NCBI GenBank assembly: GCA_002256025.1
Contig: NKIB01014463.1
Span: forward strand, 1 to 43,125
DNA from: Asterionella formosa
Taxonomy: Eukaryota
DNA: 43,125 nt
Direction of reading: 5' to 3'
Positions 20,729 through 32,042 of the stretch are shown one piece after another. The notes under the pieces are model-generated. The model saw only the letters and a program-made list of their open reading frames with translations. It was not told the origin of the DNA and ran no database searches. How positions within the stretch are numbered: the first letter of the stretch is position 1; each line of letters starts with the position of its first letter. The position numbers were made by a program, and so were the translations under genes.

Positions 20729-22767
20729 AGATCATGCACTTTGTCAGCTCACTTCGCCTGAGTCAAATCATTAGGAAACAAAATGGTGCAGATGCAGCTA
20801 TAGATCGAGCCTTTGATGAACTCGATTTAAAAAGTGATGGTCAATTGGGTCGATCGGACATTGCACATTTCATGAAGGCGGCTGCCAACTTGATTCGAAT
20901 GGAATTAGAATCTGATATTATTGAATGCGCTGTTGACGCACTGTTGGACGATGTTGGTGGGGACTACAAGACGTTGTCGTCATCCTCTGTCGCGAGTAGT
21001 AGTAGGTGCATTACACGAGAGCAATTTAGAAACATATTTCAACGACATCCAGAAATGATGAGAGTCTTTGATGATGAGATGACCATGGCATCGCTTCGAC
21101 AATCAGTACGAGACAGAGACAATGATGAACTCACAAAGGCGGAGGAGGCTAAAGAAAACTCACAAGTATGGGAGCATGCATACACGCATTGGAAGAATGG
21201 ACGAGTCGCACTGGTATGGTTGGCAGCGTACGGTGCTGCGAATATTGTGGCATTTACGTACAAGGGAATCCTATACAAAGATAATGAGGAAGCCATTGCC
21301 GTCTTTGGGAATTGTATCATCATTGCTCGAGGATGTGCACAATGTTTGAATCTAAACGCATGTCTCATTTTGATCCCAATGTGCCGACACCTTCTCACTC
21401 GAACAAGAGCGGTTGGGAAGGTCAGATTTTGGTTCCCTTATGATGCCACTTTAGAATTTCACATGTTAGTCGGAATCGTCATGGCGGTGTTTGCCTCGAC
21501 GCATGTTTTGGCGCATATTTGCGACTTTTCTCGATTTGCCGATGCAGATGAACAAGACATCGTTGCACTGTTCGGAGATGCACTGGGGCCAATCCCCGAG
21601 TCAAAAGGCAAACGATGGTGGTTATTGATTAAACAACCAGCGGGCATTACTGGAATTATCATGGTCATTTGCATGGCAATTGCATATGCAACCATACTTA
21701 GACGACGAAAGAATTTCAATACATTTTGGATCACACACCACCTTTTACTCGTCATGCTGGTGGCTTTGTGCTTCCATGGAATGGGAAGTCTGCTAGAACC
21801 ATTTCAGAGTGTCTATTGGGTTGCAGGGCCGTTCATCTTGTATCTTATCCCACGTATTATTAGAGAAACGAAATGTTCCAAGTGCAAAGTCATAGATGTT
21901 TCACTCAAAGGTGGAAACGTTGTTGCCTTGAAGTTGGTAAAGCCTGCAAGTTGGAATACGTCCGTCAAGGCAGGCATGTATGCGTTTATCAATGTTCCAA
22001 AAGTGTCGTCGTATCAGTGGCACCCCTTTACACTCACGTCAGCACCACATGAAGACTTTATTGAATTCCATTTTTGTCAAGTGGGCGATTGGACCACCGG
22101 TGTTCACGACCTATTGGAAAAGATAACGACGGACATATCAATCAGGTTCAAAGACCAAGCAAACAACCTCAATGTACCGACTGTTCAAGATTTGGTTGTC
22201 AAGGTCGAAGGTCCTATTGGTGCGTCATCACAAGGCTTTTCAGATTACCCCATTCTTGTTCTTGTTGGTGCTGGAATTGGTGTCACACCGATGATTAGCG
22301 TCCTGAAGCAGCTGCTGTGGGAGCCTGGGAAGATGAAACGTACGTTCTTGTACTGGACAGTGCGAGACCGAGCCTCGTTTGATTGGTTTTGTACATTGAT
22401 GGATGAAATATATGAAAGTGATCAGAAGCATGTATTGCAAATTCGACACTTTTTAACATCGATCAAAGATGATGAACGTGATATTGGTGCTATCCTCTTG
22501 CATCACGCGACCCGAGCCAAGCACATGCGAACAGACTTTGATATTGTGTTGGGTCATCGCGCGCATCATCAAGTCGAAGTGGGTCGTCCTGATTGGGTTG
22601 AGGAGTTGGCCTCTATCCGCACTGAATCAAAGGAGTTGGGGCACAATAAATGCGGGATCTTTCTATGTGGACCCGCAAAAATGGCACAGGATATAGCCGA
22701 TGTGAGCTTTAATCTTTCCGTGGAGGACCCAAGTTTTAACTTTCACTTTTCTAAAGAAACTTTCTAG
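20665..22767 (+). CDS. EF-hand NADPH oxidase (RBOH/NOX5-like respiratory burst oxidase), intronless, 700 aa
   Basis: EF-hand AFDELDLKSDGQLGRSDI; heme His pairs FHMLVG...STHVLAH and THH...CFHG; GITG in TM4; FAD motif WHPFTLTS; NADPH motifs EGPIG, LVGAGIGVTP, FLCGP; C-terminal KETF. N-terminal poly-Asn (11 residues, 20695-20727). Confidence 0.95.
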
Positions 22768-23021
22768 CCATACATAAAGATATAATCAGCCTACTGTATA
22801 GTGCACTTGGTTTGATATATGATTGGAGAAAGATTCCTTCCGATTGATTATTTCCCTATTTTACCCCCATGTGTTGCTTAAGTTTTCGAGAGGAGGATTG
22901 AGGACTATGGGCCAACGCTTGGAGCATATAGCTGTTGGTCACTGTTATACTTTGTCGTCGATGATGATATGGTTTGTGATGGGTTCCCCTAAATTTGCAA
23001 ATATATACCGATCAACTTCCA

Positions 23022-24260
23022 TTACATGGACGATTCTTGCCGGCGGCCGTTCTGGACAAGTAACCTCAATTCAGGAGGAAATCCTCGGGTGCACCACATG
23101 ACCGAATTTTTGGGCATGGCATGCCAAGTATGAGTCTTCGTGAGAGGATTGCTAGCCACCACAAACGAAGCTGCCAAAGGTTCCACATTGGCATATGATG
23201 TACCGGGTAAGCTCAAGAGATTTCCCAAATCCACGGTAGTTTCTAGAAAATGAGCGTCGGTCAAGCCTTTTTGGTCTTCGTGTAAATGAATACGTTTCAC
23301 GGATGTCCCTTCCACATTGTAGCTGTTTTGCGTATTATTGCTACTGGTACTGCTACTAGCAGTGCTACTGCTGTCCGACTCTGCAGACCCACCCTTTTCA
23401 TCGGACTCGTCCTCGCCGTTGTAAATTTGCTGACCGTACAGGACAGGATCTTCACTGGTTAGTTCTCTATACAAGTGTTCCGCAGTTCCATAGGAAAAGT
23501 ACAGAGATGGAGGAGGGGAATTAGGGGATTTGTCACAAAATCGTGTTGCTACCACAGTATCGCCATCCGCCAATGAAAAGTTGAAAGTGGAATGTCCTTC
23601 CAGAATTCCAGCCTGTCGCAAGAGGCAATCTATTTGACAAAGTGTCTTTTTGATGGCCGAAACTAGACGCATGTGACCAAAGGCCTTAGTTTGTGTCCTG
23701 GGTGAGCCTCCGCTGCCGTCCTTGGCCAATTGAGTCAATATGAGTCCAAAGATGCATTCACTATCCGTTGTGCCTCGAATGATCGAGTAAATTTCTTCCG
23801 ACACTTGATGGATCAATCGCCGTTTGATTTTGGAATACTTATGAATACGTCCATTGTGACAGAACAACAGTCTTCCACATTTGAAAGGATGACAGTTGGC
23901 ATGAGTAACTTCCATCCCATCCGAAGCGGATCGCACATGCGCCATGACACAATTGCTCCGCGTTGCCATGCAAATTTCTCGCAAATTGACATCGTTCCAT
24001 GCCGGCAGTGTGTCCTTAAATATAGCAGAGGACACTCGAGGATCAGGATCATGATGAGGGTTGTCGGTGCCGTTATCAGTATCATAGTACCAGCCAATGC
24101 CAAAGCCGTCCCCGTTCGTTGTGAGCTTGTTAAAGGTGGGAGTGAACTCGGGATGAACGGAAGCATCCTTCGCCAACTGAACCAGCGAGTTGCTCGGGGC
24201 CAGAACAATATCCGACAAGGAGACGGTATCAGAGGAGAGTATCGTGATCCATCGACCCAT
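23022..24260 (-). CDS. Class II glutamine amidotransferase-like paralogue (DUG3/EgtC family) with Cys1 replaced by Gly
   Basis: Aligns with the 16084-17247 protein from ATG 24260 (MGRWITILSS vs MCRWITLLSS). Retains NGDGFG, AHVR, NCHPF, HNG, GTTDSE. The ORF is intact, 412 aa. Confidence 0.9.
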   Translation of the reverse strand: MGRWITILSSDTVSLSDIVLAPSNSLVQLAKDASVHPEFTPTFNKLTTNGDGFGIGWYYDTDNGTDNPHHDPDPRVSSAIFKDTLPAWNDVNLREICMATRSNCVMAHVRSASDGMEVTHANCHPFKCGRLLFCHNGRIHKYSKIKRRLIHQVSEEIYSIIRGTTDSECIFGLILTQLAKDGSGGSPRTQTKAFGHMRLVSAIKKTLCQIDCLLRQAGILEGHSTFNFSLADGDTVVATRFCDKSPNSPPPSLYFSYGTAEHLYRELTSEDPVLYGQQIYNGEDESDEKGGSAESDSSSTASSSTSSNNTQNSYNVEGTSVKRIHLHEDQKGLTDAHFLETTVDLGNLLSLPGTSYANVEPLAASFVVASNPLTKTHTWHAMPKNSVMWCTRGFPPELRLLVQNGRRQESSM

Positions 24261-24859
24261 GATGAGATTATACCGGATGAAAATATCTCGTCCTTCTATC
24301 ACATTTATAAAGGACTTTGTGAGATGAATTGTGATTCCAAATGAATTCCAAAACATTTTGACATGACGCCGTTGGAAAAAAGTGTCTATACACACACTTG
24401 TGTACCGGTTCCTATACATATTTTCTTACTTGAATAAAATACCAGTACATAGCAAGATTCCTCGAGCGATGTATAGAGTAAGTGAACTCATTACCGTTCG
24501 CACGTCAGTGCGAATCTCTGACATGCATCATCATGTGCTTACCCTGGCACCCCCGGTACCTGGTACCAGGTACCATCCTGTATTTCATTCCTCGTCGTAC
24601 GAACCTACTGGTACCAGGTACTATGATTTCAAATGGAGAATTGTGTACAATTCTACAAGCAGTGAACAGTAAACTAGATTCGACCGACCCAGACGCATGT
24701 AATAACGGTGCTCCAGCCAAAAGAAGGGACGAGGAAGAATGTGTACAAGAATTCTGCAAACAACGAGCAATAGGTTTCATTCGTGGATTCTTCCTACTCC
24801 GAACTTTCTGCTTCTTTCCTGCTCCAACGAAAATAAAAGCATTATACAGCATAGAAAAG

Positions 24860-25687
24860 ATGTGTTGCTCCACCATGGACAATCTCTTTCTGGTAACTGT
24901 CATTTTCTCAGAGTTGGTCTTGGGTTTAAGTTCGTCTCTGCCTCAGAGTACTGAATCGTTGGATGGATACGCCTTTGATTGTTCCGGTGTGTTGATCGGC
25001 TTTTCTGGCAAGACCAACATTCATTGCATGAATAGCGTCAACAATAACAACAATGATTACCTTTGCGGGGAGTATCAATGGGATGGCAAAGACTTGCTGG
25101 CATACTCCTCCGTCACTGGACCCTTTCGTGCAACGTCGCTGGAACGTGTTGATGACTTGCTCATTAGCTTTCAATCGTCTGTGACTACAACTTGCAATGT
25201 TGTGTCGCTTGACTGGCGAAAGTATTCAATGACCAACTTTTTAGGACTCAAATGCCCCATTCAAAATCTGATTCCTGGGGTTTCCTATCAGGAAAATCAT
25301 TTCTCTTTCGGAATTAGTGGAGATGCTGCCTTGCGATCCCCATTAGAATTGCCTTCGGGACGCCATCGCCAGTTGATCCGTGACCTGTACGGGATTTTCC
25401 GACGAACGAACAGCAACGGTGGTTTGAAAATATATTTCGGACCGCAACAGGGTCAACCATTGCTCGTACTTGAGGGTTTACTGACGGACGGTGGTGAGCT
25501 GAATATAGAAGGATATATGCCTCCTGGACCATGTGTGCATGATGGGACGAGCTTGATGCAGAACTCCACGAGCCTACCAACTCATTATGGCGTTGGTTCA
25601 TCTCCTAGTAGCTCATCATCCCTTGGATTTCATGTCGTTTGGACTACTGCCACCATCCTAGCGATTAGTATCGGTGTCAGTATGTAA
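24860..25687 (+). CDS. Hypothetical secreted, probably GPI-anchored, protein
   Basis: Signal-like NLFLVTVIFSELVLGLSS after ATG 24860/24875. Cys-containing body. C-terminal Ser-rich spacer plus hydrophobic tail (GFHVVWTTATILAISIGVSM). The upstream ORF extension from 24482 runs through GGTACC repeats and is probably non-coding. Confidence 0.65.
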   Translation: MCCSTMDNLFLVTVIFSELVLGLSSSLPQSTESLDGYAFDCSGVLIGFSGKTNIHCMNSVNNNNNDYLCGEYQWDGKDLLAYSSVTGPFRATSLERVDDLLISFQSSVTTTCNVVSLDWRKYSMTNFLGLKCPIQNLIPGVSYQENHFSFGISGDAALRSPLELPSGRHRQLIRDLYGIFRRTNSNGGLKIYFGPQQGQPLLVLEGLLTDGGELNIEGYMPPGPCVHDGTSLMQNSTSLPTHYGVGSSPSSSSSLGFHVVWTTATILAISIGVSM

Positions 25688-26143
25688 CGTAAACATTGCA
25701 CAACTTTATTCTACTACCATTGAGAGAATATCGGTGTCACCTATTTGTCAAGTCGCTTCGTTCTGAAAGCGAACTCCGATGACGAGCACCTTTTTCGTCC
25801 ATTCGTGCATGTGGCATCGTCAACCTCTAGCTAAAAATTGAAACGTAAAGTTTGACGTTCCCTGACCTTGGAGGCAAATATGAAAATCCAAACCTTGAAT
25901 CGATTTACTTAAACTCTCTAATCGTTATGAACGCTAATATCCCAAATAGTTGCTCATGCTCCCTAGTGGAGCAGTGACTAATCTTACATATACTACTCGA
26001 GATTGGACCAAATTCTTCTTGGGGGGATGGTGTTTGCTCAAAGTAAGTTTTCTTGTTTTGTGTATTGTTGTTTCACAGTCGTATAGTTGAAATGTAAGGA
26101 TATGTAAATATAAATGAATCTCGCTCTCTTATCTGTTCTCCCG

Positions 26144-27453
26144 TCAGTCTTGGGATTGCTCAATGGCGGCATAGTCCACAACTACCATGACTTGGTTGGT
26201 ATTTGAACTTTCGTGCATCTTGTGATCAAACATAGTTGGATCAAGATAATGAAAATGTTGTCCTTCAAACGAAATCAGTTCATCTGGTTGAATATCATGA
26301 CACAAAGACATTTCTGATGGATGGTGAGGTAGTAAAGCAGTAGGACCTTGACGTGGTGTCGATGGTGGTGTAACAATGGTATTCCTGACGACTTGCATCA
26401 AGGTGCTCATTGGTTCAATGTCATCGTCATCGTCGAGGGGTGGAGGAAAGTCAAGGCCACGAGGAGGTTGAAGTGTCATCTTTCGTGTTTCACAAGGAGT
26501 GACAAACATACTACCCGAATGGGAGTCAATCATGTCATCGGAGGCACGATCGTTCACATTCCAAGTAGTCCCATGGACTGGGGGCATGCTATAAAAGTCA
26601 GGCTGAAAACGAAATAGTGTGAGTACATACAATATAAATGCATATATAGTAACTATGGTTATTGCATCAATGCACTAATACATACCTCAGTTTGGGGACT
26701 ACTGGCTGCCTTGATCCCGGTGCCCTTGATTCTCGTTCGCATCATGCGCTTGGACAAAAGGGGTCGCCCTTGTAGAAACAATTCATGATAGTATCCTCCT
26801 CGATCGCGTCCAGAGGTGAGTCGACAAAATCCATATAGATTCAATTGTCGTTGAAAGCTCGTTAATTTGGTTTGTCGAAAGTACACTGGCATCACGTCCG
26901 CCACAAATTCCTTGGCCTTGTGTACTACAAAGCACCGACCATGAGGTTGCCATGAGACAATGTGAGTCAGTTCATCGTCATGAACCTTGGTGAGCATGTA
27001 ATGTAGTTTCTCAGGAAAGGGCACAGCCACTCCACCTCGTGGTCCTCGACGAGCCTTTTTCGATTGTTCATCGTCACTGGTGACCACATCTTGTGATTGC
27101 TGTGATGCTGACGATGACGAGACAACTTGTGGTACTTCTAGACCACCAGATGATGACGATGATGATGAAGTTTCAATATTGTTTGTCTGGATCATCGTGT
27201 CGACAAGGTTGTTGTTCCCATCTCGAGCATGATCATGGTAATCATGTTGCACTCGTCGTTTCTCGTCAGAGTATGAGTCGCTCTCATGATGATTCTGACG
27301 ATTCACACGACGGTGATTCATCCTATCCTTTGTAGAAGTAAACGTCGATGATGCCCATATCTCATCCTGATCCAACGTGGACGAGGGAACCATTTCGGGC
27401 GGGACGAGATTATGATTCGAAGTAGTAGTAGGGTAATTACGAGGGAGATACAT
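26144..27453 (-). CDS. Heat shock transcription factor; 2 exons (27453-26686, 26602-26144), about 408 aa
   Basis: Motifs GGVAVPFPEKLHYML, VSWQPHGRCF, YFRQTKLTSFQRQLNLYGF. An 83-bp GTATGT...TTTTCAG intron joins PQTE|PDFY in frame, matching ESEPDFS of the first HSF. Confidence 0.93.
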
Positions 27454-27504
27454 GTTTAGGCGATTGCAGGTCCGACACGACTTGATAGGTGAAAGTATAA
27501 AGGC

Positions 27505-27529
27505 AATTGAATTGAATTGAATTGAATTG
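27505..27529. repeat. (AATTG)5 pentanucleotide repeat upstream of the HSF start
   Basis: Five perfect copies. Confidence 0.9.
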
Positions 27530-28912
27530 CGTCTCTGTGTGTGTAAAGAGTTAGTATTTGAGTTTGGTCATGTCAATTGCATTCTGTTTGTTTGATCGTG
27601 CTTTCATGTCAGTTTGTCTTTTGATTGAACTTCACCTGTGGGCTCATTCTGATTGTCATTGAACCACTTGAGATTATTATTCTAGCCTACAAACGACTCT
27701 TACCTTCAGTTCCAAATCACACTTTTCAACTTCTCTTTTGTCTTGAGATCTAATTTGTGAATCTCTGTCGAGGCGATGGTTTATATTCAATTGCTTGTTT
27801 CTTCGTTTGTTGTTGTGAACATTTTTGCAAAACTGAGGATCACAGTACACACGAGAGTGGTTTGAACCAGTTTCTGGGAGTACTGGTAACCAGGTACCAT
27901 CAGGCAGTGCTCAGTACACCTGTAAATATCCATTCTCCGAATGACAAATAATACATTTACCAGCATGCCACAAGCAACCATCACAGCAAGGCATTCTTGC
28001 TCTGTTTGCCATCAGCATCAATCTAAATATGAAATCTGGAACGCTTTCCCAGATGGAAGGTGCAGGGGCAATAGCAAGTTTCATTGGCACTTCTTAGAAC
28101 GAAGTCGTCGCCATCGTCCCTAGGAAACTTTTAGTGGCAGCAGGACAGACATGACCCAAAAGGTGTGGGTCGATCTCATCAACATCTGGTTGAACGAATG
28201 TAAGTGCCGTCTGTCCTGTGACTATTGTTCCTCGAAGAACAATTATGACGTATGCAAAAAGGCAGCATGACGAAAATACAAGGAGGTGGTTGCTAAGTAC
28301 GGAGTATCCTTCAACTCCTGGACCTTCTTTGGCATGTAAAATGTAAATACCACGTGCATTCTTGGCTAGTGGTGTTGATCCCCATTTCAACCTTGAACCG
28401 TAAAGGAAATCTTTTGCTGATGCATCATTTATATCGAAGCTGCAAATACAATCCAGTACAATGTACAGTAACGAGAACAAGCAAGGTAGAAACCTTTGTT
28501 TACATACAGAGAAATTTTTCGTTTTTCGACGAATACCTGATACCATATACTAAGCACCATGTACCTAATGGAACACACGTACATATAAACTGTACATATG
28601 TGCGGCTATATAATATATGTGTGTTGTACATGTTCGTTTGTCACCACTGCTCCTACGTCGTTTGTTGAAGGAGGAAGGGAGACTGGAGTCGTGGCTAATG
28701 GGCATGACAAAATAACATAAGAAGATGGTATTCTCGTCCTGATGCTATGCAATTCTCGTTTTTAATTGTCGTCACTTCTCCCTCTTTCGATTGATTTCCT
28801 TATGTAGCAATAAACCGGTAGGCTTTACTACCAACTCTAGTTTCTTATTCAATAGTTCATGTCGTTCTTTCCATTATAACTTATACATAACTACCGGTAT
28901 GTAGTCATGGAC

Positions 28913-29449
28913 TTAATGTCCACATGTTCCGCAAACAACCAGGTTCCAAACCAAGGAATTGTCATCGAGTTGGTCAACAGGATCAAGGTACCCTGACGCA
29001 CAAGCGTAATCGCCAGTTCCTCCAGCAATCGAGGCTGCCTTAGCAGTACATGAACCCAGAATGTTGATAGAGGTAGCGTACAACTCTGTGATATTGTCGT
29101 AATCGTAATCAAAGAGAAGGGCACCCTGAAAGGTACAATCCACTTCGTTTACTGACGAAATTGTCAGCATTAAATTGCCAAGGGGTGTGGTTGTATCGTT
29201 AGTGACTCCATCAAAGAACTGAAGAGGTTCTGTTGCAGAAAGTTGAGGAGTTATGAGCTTCGTTTCTGTACATTTTCCTTGTGCAGGAGCGCCTTTTGAA
29301 TTTTTTCCCATTTTCCCCATTTGTGTACGGTGTTTATTCTTTTCTGCATTCGCTTTCCCCAGTCCCCTAACATGACGGTGTGCGGCGACGAATCCGGGAA
29401 GGGGGCCCAAAAAAGCAAGGAATGGAAGAAAAACAGATGAAGTTTTCAT
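28913..29449 (-). CDS. Secreted protein with dirigent/allene-oxide-cyclase-like beta-barrel
   Basis: ATG 29449, signal peptide MKTSSVFLPFLAFLG..., HVRGL motif, Lys/Gly-rich linker, and ASIAGGTGDYACASG motif typical of dirigent/AOC barrels. Confidence 0.7.
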   Translation of the reverse strand: MKTSSVFLPFLAFLGPLPGFVAAHRHVRGLGKANAEKNKHRTQMGKMGKNSKGAPAQGKCTETKLITPQLSATEPLQFFDGVTNDTTTPLGNLMLTISSVNEVDCTFQGALLFDYDYDNITELYATSINILGSCTAKAASIAGGTGDYACASGYLDPVDQLDDNSLVWNLVVCGTCGH

Positions 29450-30395
29450 TGTTGTTGTAAATTGATTGAATCTTCCTCTAGCAAAACGTGCAAACACAAC
29501 GTTAGTGCATGTTTATTTGTTTCTTGACAATTAAAAAGCCAACAGACAAGTTCTAAAGTAGAATCAGCAACGTCGCTTCATTGTTTCTTGGAGCTCCGCT
29601 GTTTTCCAGGTTGATACTTACTCGTTTGAATAAGTCAAGAGTAAACCAATTTTGGAGTTTATGAGGTTCTTGTGCAATAGCAAAACTAATTGATGGTGCA
29701 CCTTTGAACATCCCTTCAGGTTTTTCTGCACTCATCATCATAGGTGATAGCATTTCGTGTCGCAATAGACTTGTAAGTAATTTCCACAAGTGTAAAGAGT
29801 GTATGTGGCATGGTGCACTTGGCCGGGCTTGGTGGCGTTGATTCGAAGATTTGTACTCTTGTGAGGTAAAATATGTTTTTCATGAAAAGGGCTCAGTAGT
29901 AGGAAGTACCGGAACCAGTAGTGAACAATGAATATGAGTATGAATGAAGAATGTTATATACGTACGTGAAAAAACTGCAAAACTTTTTAGAAGTATTCAT
30001 ATATGAAAACAGTAAATCCCTTTTTACTATCACACAATACTTAGTATTACATTATTTTCAACGTGTAAAAATATATATTTGAATAATGCTGTATCATCAC
30101 ATACACGTCCCTGAGTACCAGGACCAGGTATCGTCCCCATAGTACAAAATGCATACTAGCTTATTGCCAACGAGTCCTACATCCATGAATACTGATACAA
30201 TATCAAAATGGCCGAACAAAAAAGCATGCTGCTTCCTGAGGAATGTTTCTCAACTATGAAACTCATGTATCTTTGCCTTTCATACTCACTAGCTTATGAT
30301 GCAGCATCAGTCATGGAGAATATACTTTTAGACTACCATATCCTTGCACATGGTAAAAGCTATTCTCGGTTGTATCAAGCTTTCCGTGTATCTAT

Positions 30396-31606
30396 TCATT
30401 CCTCCTTGGTTTTGATGATATTGTTTTCAGTCTTGGCACAGTTTCTAATAATCCTCGTAAAGTCCCACAAGTAAACAAGACTTATCAATCGTAACAGTCC
30501 CATTAGTAGCACTTGCATCAATCCATCCCAGATCCCATGAACTGGTCCCATCCCTGCAGTCAATGTTGCCAACATCCATCCTTCAATACCAAAGTATACA
30601 CAATAGGGTGGATTATTGGACAAGGCTGCTGCAACCATGGCTTTTGCAACACTGTAGAATATTTTAAAATAGCGAAGAGTGTGTGAGAGAGAGTGTATTT
30701 GAGAGTGAAAAACAACGTATCCAATCAATCGCCACACGGTAAAAAAAGTAGCAATCACATATTTCTATTCATTGCACATATGATAGACAAGCCCATACAC
30801 ACTTACGTTTCAGGTGGAAACAATCCAGCGACTTCAGAAATAGCAACTGTTTCTTTTGGTTTGCTTTCATTTTCTAGTTTATATCCTGGAGTGTCTGTAT
30901 CTGGTGGGAATGCCAGCATAACATTAACTCCATCACGACGTACTTCCATTTGCAAGGCTTCACAATATCCCTTCAACGCAAATTTGGACGCACTGTATGC
31001 TGTGTATCCATATACACCTACCAATCCCGCCATACTCGACGTCATGCAAATGGTCCCACCATGGTTTTGTTTCATGGAGGGAAGGAGTGCTTGCGTCAAG
31101 TACACAGCTCCCAGGTAATTGACTGCCATGAGACGAGAGAATTCATCCAGGGGCGTTTCATGAAAGGCAGCAGAGGAAGATGTTCCGGCATTGTTGAACA
31201 ATACCGTGGGCGGTCCGGCATTGTTGATTATTGCGGTGGCGTATTCCTGACATGCCGTGCCATTGCTAACATCGAAGGAATAAGTATGAATGCCGGTGGT
31301 GCCGTCCACTACTCGCTCCATCAGTTCCTTCTTGGCAGCTTGTAATTTTGTTTCGTCTCGTGCAATCAACGTAACGTTCCTGAATCCCTGTTTCACACAT
31401 TCATGTGCCAAGGCAAGACCAATGCCGGACGATCCGCCAGTAATGACAGCATGTTCCTTCTGTTTCCGCTTCGAATTCTTCTGCTTGTTCTGAGATGATG
31501 GGAGAAGGAGCCAGAGCACGATGATTAGAACTGTCACTACGGACAACACAATGATGGTAGATGGATGGAACCATGGAAATACGTCGTCGCTAAGCATGCT
31601 GCTCAT
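30396..31606 (-). CDS. KDSR: 3-ketodihydrosphingosine reductase (SDR family); 2 exons (31606-30807, 30651-30396), about 351 aa
   Basis: N-terminal TM, ITGGSSGIG, NNAG, YTAYSASKFAL, family-typical FPPDTDTPGY, C-terminal hydrophobic segment. A 155-bp GTAAGT...CTACAG intron keeps the frame (AC|T). Confidence 0.9.
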
Positions 31607-31783
31607 CTTGATGGATGTGAGATACTTAATTAAGCGGTGTAGCGGAACGGAAACGAACAAAATAGAGCAAGATCCATTTCAGAATACCGGTATTCATATA
31701 TACCGTAATCAATTTGTTTACCGGTACCTGGTACCATACCAGGTACTAGCCCCTAAACCGGCTACTGTTGACCCCATATGATA

Positions 31784-32042
31784 TGTCAAGAATATTACCC
31801 TGAGTCACAAGGATTGTGGACTCCATTGTAATCCAACGAGTCGAATATTGCATTGCCACGTCAATCAGCTGTGTAACTAGATCAAATATTGAAGATTTCT
31901 AGAATTGTTTAGTGGAAACTCGAAGAGAGCCTTAGAACGACTTTGCAGGAAGCAAAGATTAATGGAAATGAAACATTAAGTTAAGCTTATAATTTAATTT
32001 GAGTTTAGATTATCAATTGAGAAAACAGTGTGTTAATTGACA
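31784..32042. mobile_element. Possible solo LTR (259 bp, TGTCAA...TTGACA termini)
   Basis: Perfect 6-bp terminal inverted repeat with TG...CA ends and an AT-rich 3' part. No target-site duplication or PBS recognised. Confidence 0.3.

Noticed and set aside
28094..28668. ORFs of 150 and 104 aa
   Set aside because: Overlapping on opposite strands with atypical composition and no motifs. Treated as intergenic.
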